64,000 nt of DNA from Candidatus Parcubacteria bacterium (GTDB lineage Bacteria; Patescibacteriota; Minisyncoccia; Phycocordibacterales; UBA2100). This document shows, piece after piece, positions 59,913 through 64,000 of the stretch (positions within the stretch are counted from its first letter, which is position 1; every line of letters starts with the position of its first letter). The position numbers and the translations under genes were made by a program. A model generated the notes under the pieces. That model did not search any database, was not told the DNA's origin, and worked only from the letters and a program-made list of their open reading frames with translations. The stretch is taken from contig JBEEJY010000019.1 in NCBI GenBank assembly GCA_041168925.1, positions 2,384 to 66,383 of the forward strand, given 5' to 3'.

Positions 59913-60503
59913 ATGACGTGGGTTATCGTCGGTTTGGGCAATCCTGGCGAGGAATATCAGAACACGAGGCATAATAGCGGGCGCATGGCGCTCGATTTTT
60001 TCCGCAAATCCGCGGATTTCGCCGACTGGAAGGAGGATACGAAGGCAAAAGCACGCGTCTCGAGCGGGATCATAGGAAAAACGGCGACAGTGCTCGTTAT
60101 GCCCGATACCTTTATGAACAAATCGGGCGAAGCGGTCACCAAATTCGTCAAAAATCAGAAGGCGGCGGAGCGAATGATCCTCGTGTACGACGATCTCGAT
60201 CTGCCGCTCGGAACGATCAAGCTCTCATTTAATAGAGGGAGCGGCGGACACAGGGGAGTCGAGTCGGTCATGAAGTCGGTTCGCACCAAAAAATTCACGC
60301 GCGTGCGCATCGGCGTCTCGCATTCGAGTGCTGCGGGCAAACTCCGCAAGCCCTCCGGCGAAAAAGAAGTCGTCGATTTCATTCTCGCAAAATTCCGGCC
60401 TGCGGAAACGGAAGCGATCAGGAAAATTCTCAAAAGAGTCGCCGAAGCGCTTGAAAACATCGTCGCCGAGGGCCCGATGAAAGCTATGAACCAATTCAAC
60501 TAG
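59913..60503 (+). CDS. pth: Peptidyl-tRNA hydrolase
   Basis: VIVGLGNPG...TRHNSG N-terminal signature. The mRNA is probably leaderless, with the -10 box 10 nt upstream of the ATG. Confidence 0.9.
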   Translation: MTWVIVGLGNPGEEYQNTRHNSGRMALDFFRKSADFADWKEDTKAKARVSSGIIGKTATVLVMPDTFMNKSGEAVTKFVKNQKAAERMILVYDDLDLPLGTIKLSFNRGSGGHRGVESVMKSVRTKKFTRVRIGVSHSSAAGKLRKPSGEKEVVDFILAKFRPAETEAIRKILKRVAEALENIVAEGPMKAMNQFN

Positions 60504-61618
60504 TTGACAGGTTTGAGCGTCATCCTCCGATCCTTGGGCTCGAAGAAGGTGATCGTGAATGGATAGACCTTGCCCAGTTCGAGTCTGGAGCGTAGTTCGG
60601 CTTCATTCGCGAATTCGGAAATGTGCACGAGGCCCGCGACGCCTTCTTCGATCGAAGCGAGCGCGCCGTGCTTGTTGTACTTGATGACGACCGCGTCCAC
60701 TCTTTGATCTTTGTGATATTTGCCGGACGCCGCTTTCCACGGATCCTCCATGAGCGCTTTGATGGAGAGAGAGATCTTGTCGTCTTTGATCTCGATCACT
60801 TTCACTTTGATGACGTCGCCTGATTTGTATCGCGTCTTCGGATTCTCCACGAGCGCCCAGTCCATTTCGGAAATATGCACGAGACCTTCCAGTCCTTCTT
60901 CGAGCTTCACGAACACGCCGAATTCGGTGGCACCGGTCACCAGGCCCTCGAGTACGTCTCCGACATGGTACTTTTCGACGAGAGAGGCGCGTTCAGAAAC
61001 ACCGGCGCCTTTTTCGCTAAAAATGAGCTTCTGCTCTTTCGGACTCGCGGTTATGATCATCACCTCCAGTTTCGTGCCGATCATGCGCTTGAGCTCCGCG
61101 AAAATCTTTTCCTTGTCGCCGTCCGGCACTCTCGGGTAGTGCGCGGGCGAGAGCTGCGAGGCGGGAAGGAATCCCTGGATGCCGTTCCAGTTGATGATGA
61201 GGCCGCCTTTGTTGGCATCGGCGACGGGCAATTCGAAGAGTGTTTTCTTCTGCATCGCGGTCTCGGCTTCGTTCCAAATGACCGCCTGGCGCGCTTCGCG
61301 AAGCGAGAGCTCGATGTAGCCTTCCGGATTGTCGGTGCCGACAATCTTCGCGGTAACGGTGTCGCCGATGTTGACGTTTTTCAGGGCTTCGCGCGCCGAT
61401 AGGTACTCGCGGCCGTAAATGATACCGGTGCCGTACGGATGCAAATCGACAAAAACGCGCGCGCGGCCGAGCGCCACGACCGGCCCTTCGACGACATCGT
61501 CGAGCGCCGGCGGAGAACCCGCGCTCTGCAAAAGCTCGGCCATCGGGCCGCTCTTTTCTTGCACGCCGACCACTTCTTTCTCGTCTCCCAACGCAACTAC
61601 GGATTCTTTATCCGACAT
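60500..61618 (-). CDS. rpsA: 30S ribosomal protein S1 (four S1 domains)
   Basis: Four repeats of the S1 OB-fold pattern (G..V.G.V......G.FV.L.....GLVHISE). Confidence 0.75.
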   Translation of the reverse strand: MSDKESVVALGDEKEVVGVQEKSGPMAELLQSAGSPPALDDVVEGPVVALGRARVFVDLHPYGTGIIYGREYLSAREALKNVNIGDTVTAKIVGTDNPEGYIELSLREARQAVIWNEAETAMQKKTLFELPVADANKGGLIINWNGIQGFLPASQLSPAHYPRVPDGDKEKIFAELKRMIGTKLEVMIITASPKEQKLIFSEKGAGVSERASLVEKYHVGDVLEGLVTGATEFGVFVKLEEGLEGLVHISEMDWALVENPKTRYKSGDVIKVKVIEIKDDKISLSIKALMEDPWKAASGKYHKDQRVDAVVIKYNKHGALASIEEGVAGLVHISEFANEAELRSRLELGKVYPFTITFFEPKDRRMTLKPVN

Positions 61619-61901
61619 GAAATGTTCGCTTCGGGACCCCGCTTCTTGCGCTACCGTGTCTTTCGGAAGCGAGGCACTACCCCTTGCGCACTATTAAATT
61701 GTATCCGGAGTATATAGATAAGCGTCGTTAAAGTCAAAGTCCAGGCCGCGAGAGAGCGGTCCGGACCGGTCGCATCCGTCGGCGACGCGACCTGCGGGGA
61801 GGCTCGGGCCGCGGTGGCGGATATTTTGAATGCCGCGCATCTCAAAAAGAATGCCCGGCGGGTATTGCCGCCGGGGATCGATTCGCAGCGCTATGTGCGC
61901 G

Positions 61902-62339
61902 CTATTCTTCACTGCCGTTATTCGCGGGCGCCTTATCCGGCGTCTTGTCGATCTCGACGATCTCGCCGACGCGGACGCCCATCTCCTCCAGCTTTCTCGC
62001 GATGCTCTTCATCGAAGCGCTGGTCAGCTCGCGCGAGAGATTGATCCGGAGTCCGGGCTCGCCTGGCTCGTTATTCGGATTGACCACCACGTTGAGGATC
62101 CTTTTGCTCGGCTCCTCCCACGTGATCGACGTGACGTTGTCCTGCGAGTTGACCGAGATGAATGCCTTGCCATCTCTCAACACGAGATCGAGATCGAGGC
62201 CGTTTGGCATCTTTGCCTTCAGCGCTTCAACCGCGGCCCGGGCTTGCTTCAGGAAATCCGGCTCTGCGATTGCGGGGATCGTAGCGACCGTGAGCGCGGA
62301 CGCGATCGCGGCAGTCCCAAGTCTTGCAGACCATTTCAT
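61902..62339 (-). CDS. Secreted hypothetical protein
   Basis: Signal peptide MKWSARLGTAAIASALTVATIPAIA and a charged mature region. Confidence 0.5.
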   Translation of the reverse strand: MKWSARLGTAAIASALTVATIPAIAEPDFLKQARAAVEALKAKMPNGLDLDLVLRDGKAFISVNSQDNVTSITWEEPSKRILNVVVNPNNEPGEPGLRINLSRELTSASMKSIARKLEEMGVRVGEIVEIDKTPDKAPANNGSEE

Positions 62340-62471
62340 ACAGTCCTCCAGGTTGCGGCCCTGTCGTGTTTTGCATGAGCGCAAAGAACACGCGGCCGCT
62401 TCAATCGTAGCGCGCTTCCGCGAGCGGTCAACGACTTTAGCCGATGCTCGATTGGCGCTATACTACCTCAT

Positions 62472-63119
62472 ATGATTCTGACATTTCACGAAGGAGCGTG
62501 CGTACGCGCTCAAGCCGGCGACACGACGCTCGTGCTCGGTCCGGTTTCGAAGAACTCGAAGGAATACAAACCGACTAATTTCGGCGCGGACGTCGCGTTC
62601 ATCAGCCTGAACCATCCCGACATGAACGGCGCCGAAGAAGCGGGCAGGGGAGACAAGCAGCCGTTCGTCATTTCCGGGCCTGGGGAATACGAAGTGAAAG
62701 ACGTGAGCGCCGCTGGTTTCCCTTCGAACTCGAAGTGGGGCCTGCCCGCGGATCCTGCAAGCGGCCGGGGAGGCGATCAGCGCATCAATACGATCTACTC
62801 CGTACATTTCGACGGCATGTCACTTATGTATCTCGGCGCGCTCGGGGATCTTGATTTGCCGCCTCACGTGCTCGAGATGGACGCACCCGACATTCTTATC
62901 ACGCCTGTTGGCGGAAGAGGCGCGCTTGCGCCGGCGGAGGCGCAAAAACTCGCGGTGAAGCTCGAGGCGAAGCTCATCATCCCGATTCTTTTCGACGAAA
63001 AATCGCTCAAGCAATTCCTGAAAGAAGCCGGAGAAGACGTACGGCCGATAGAGAAACTCACTGTCAAGCCGAGAGATCTCGCGGGGAAGGAGAATGAAGT
63101 CGTCGTTTTAAGCGCCTAG
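62472..63119 (+). CDS. Hypothetical protein, possibly a metallo-beta-lactamase-fold hydrolase (degenerate motif)
   Basis: The N-terminal beta-strand pattern resembles UPF0173-type MBL proteins, but no complete HxHxDH motif is present. Confidence 0.4.
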   Translation: MILTFHEGACVRAQAGDTTLVLGPVSKNSKEYKPTNFGADVAFISLNHPDMNGAEEAGRGDKQPFVISGPGEYEVKDVSAAGFPSNSKWGLPADPASGRGGDQRINTIYSVHFDGMSLMYLGALGDLDLPPHVLEMDAPDILITPVGGRGALAPAEAQKLAVKLEAKLIIPILFDEKSLKQFLKEAGEDVRPIEKLTVKPRDLAGKENEVVVLSA

Positions 63120-63138
63120 CGAGCGTTCCGCATCGTGT

Positions 63139-63507
63139 ATGGCAGTCAGCGACAAGATCAACAACCTCAAGCAAGGCCCGAAAGAGGACAAAGTAGCCGT
63201 GGCAAGCGGCATCGCGGTATCGGTCGTCGTCGTGCTCCTTGTGGCGTGGGCGATTTTCTTTTTCCGCAATATTCAGCGCGGCTCGCAGCAGCTCGATCTT
63301 GGCGGCGGCGCGCAGGATCAGTTTAATTTCTCAAACGTTCGCGACGCGCAGCTGCGATTGCGGCAAGAATACGGCACCGGCGCGAAAAACGACGAGCTCT
63401 TGGAAGTGCGCGATGCCGCAGCTTCCGGTCAGACGGGCACGCAATTGCGGAATTCATCGCAGCAGATCCAAGGCAGGACTCCGGATCAGTTCGGCACATC
63501 GCAGTGA
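63139..63507 (+). CDS. Small single-TM membrane protein
   Basis: A TM helix (IAVSVVVVLLVAWAIFFF) followed by a polar Gln/Gly-rich tail. Confidence 0.45.
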   Translation: MAVSDKINNLKQGPKEDKVAVASGIAVSVVVVLLVAWAIFFFRNIQRGSQQLDLGGGAQDQFNFSNVRDAQLRLRQEYGTGAKNDELLEVRDAAASGQTGTQLRNSSQQIQGRTPDQFGTSQ

Positions 63508-63541
63508 CTCACAGGCGTGGATGATGAAAATATCGCGCGAT

Positions 63542-63581
63542 TTGTTCAAAAACACTCACGGTCGTGAATTTTTTTGGATAT
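63542..63581. repeat. 40-bp palindromic intergenic element, copy 3
   Basis: TTGTTCAAAAAcacTCACGGTCGTGAatTTTTTTGGATAT, about 175 nt upstream of the gyrA start. Confidence 0.65.
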
Positions 63582-63756
63582 TTTTATGATATGCGCAATG
63601 GTGCACGATTTATGCGAATGATATGGGAGACGCGGACGTCAAAGAAGGCAGCCGTTTGAGCCGGGCGATCCTATATTTCGCGGCTTGCAAAACGGCTTAA
63701 TTTTCCGCCGATTTTACTGGATTTTGACGTCAGTATTTGATATAATTTGAAATATT

Positions 63757-64000
63757 ATGGCACGCGGAAAAGGGGAGGAACATGAAGGGAATTTCGCCCC
63801 GGTCCCTGCGTCGAAGGGCATCGTGACGAGGAGTATTTCGGCCGAGATGCGCGAGAGCTATCTCGATTATGCGATGTCGGTCATTACCGCCCGCGCGCTT
63901 CCCGACGTGCGTGATGGGCTAAAACCGGTGCATCGCCGCATTCTCTACGCGATGCAGGAGCTCGGATTGACCGCGAGCGCGAAGACGCGCAAGAGCGCGA
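63757..64000 (+). CDS. gyrA: DNA gyrase subunit A, 5' partial
   Basis: [38 protein letters not shown] matches the GyrA N-terminus. The gene runs off the window end. Confidence 0.85.
   Translation, partial: MARGKGEEHEGNFAPVPASKGIVTRSISAEMRESYLDYAMSVITARALPDVRDGLKPVHRRILYAMQELGLTASAKTRKSA

Noticed and set aside
63781-63826. Short ATG-initiated frame ([14 protein letters not shown]) at the gyrA 5' region
   Set aside because: Out of frame with the GyrA homology. The in-frame ATG at about 63757 ([13 protein letters not shown]...[14 protein letters not shown]) is the better start.

Overview
This is a high-GC (about 60%) bacterial chromosomal segment with dense housekeeping content. On the minus strand near the start: dnaE, a short hypothetical gene and thrS, with rnhB and rpmF downstream on the plus strand. 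Then come a nusB-Nudix fusion, rnc, a compact smc, a PDRP-type regulatory kinase, rpsP, a KH-domain gene, trmD, rpoB-rpoC, and dnaG-rpoD. A second housekeeping stretch holds valS, prsW, hsp20, tsaD, tsaC, mpg, pyrF-pyrE, an AICARFT-only purH, trxB, ftsZ, ftsA, ybeY, rpsU, hisS, lepB, pth, rpsA and the 5' end of gyrA. Three tRNA genes were read by hand (Val-GAC, Glu-TTC, Ser-CGA); none encodes CCA. No rRNA or CRISPR array was found. Accessory content sits between these blocks and includes:
- a signal-peptide surface protein with eight tandem 10-aa repeats (773..2227);
- an AT-rich cassette carrying a PaaX-like regulator, bracketed by two copies of a palindromic element (2385..3029);
- an island of small membrane peptides, a DUF167 gene, a protein with beta-carbonic-anhydrase-like motifs and a PD-(D/E)XK nuclease (26.5-32 kb);
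- an IS481-like insertion sequence with roughly 20-bp inverted repeats next to the tRNA genes (39128..40172);
- a 2046-aa secreted giant protein with peptidoglycan-hydrolase-like and Ig-like modules, followed by a small secreted partner (43108..49690);
- a promoter / 21-codon Met-rich ORF / terminator unit upstream of pyrF-pyrE (49752..49907);
- a family of about 40-bp palindromic intergenic elements (three copies) and a GC-rich REP-like hairpin (two copies).
The reduced gene forms (ThrRS without its editing domain, the NusB-Nudix fusion, a 741-aa SMC, AICARFT without IMP cyclohydrolase, a four-domain S1, no rimM/rplS next to trmD) suggest a streamlined, possibly Patescibacteria/CPR-like genome; this is inference only. 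All coordinates were read by eye and may be off by 1-3 nt; the ORF-track coordinates were trusted where the two disagreed.
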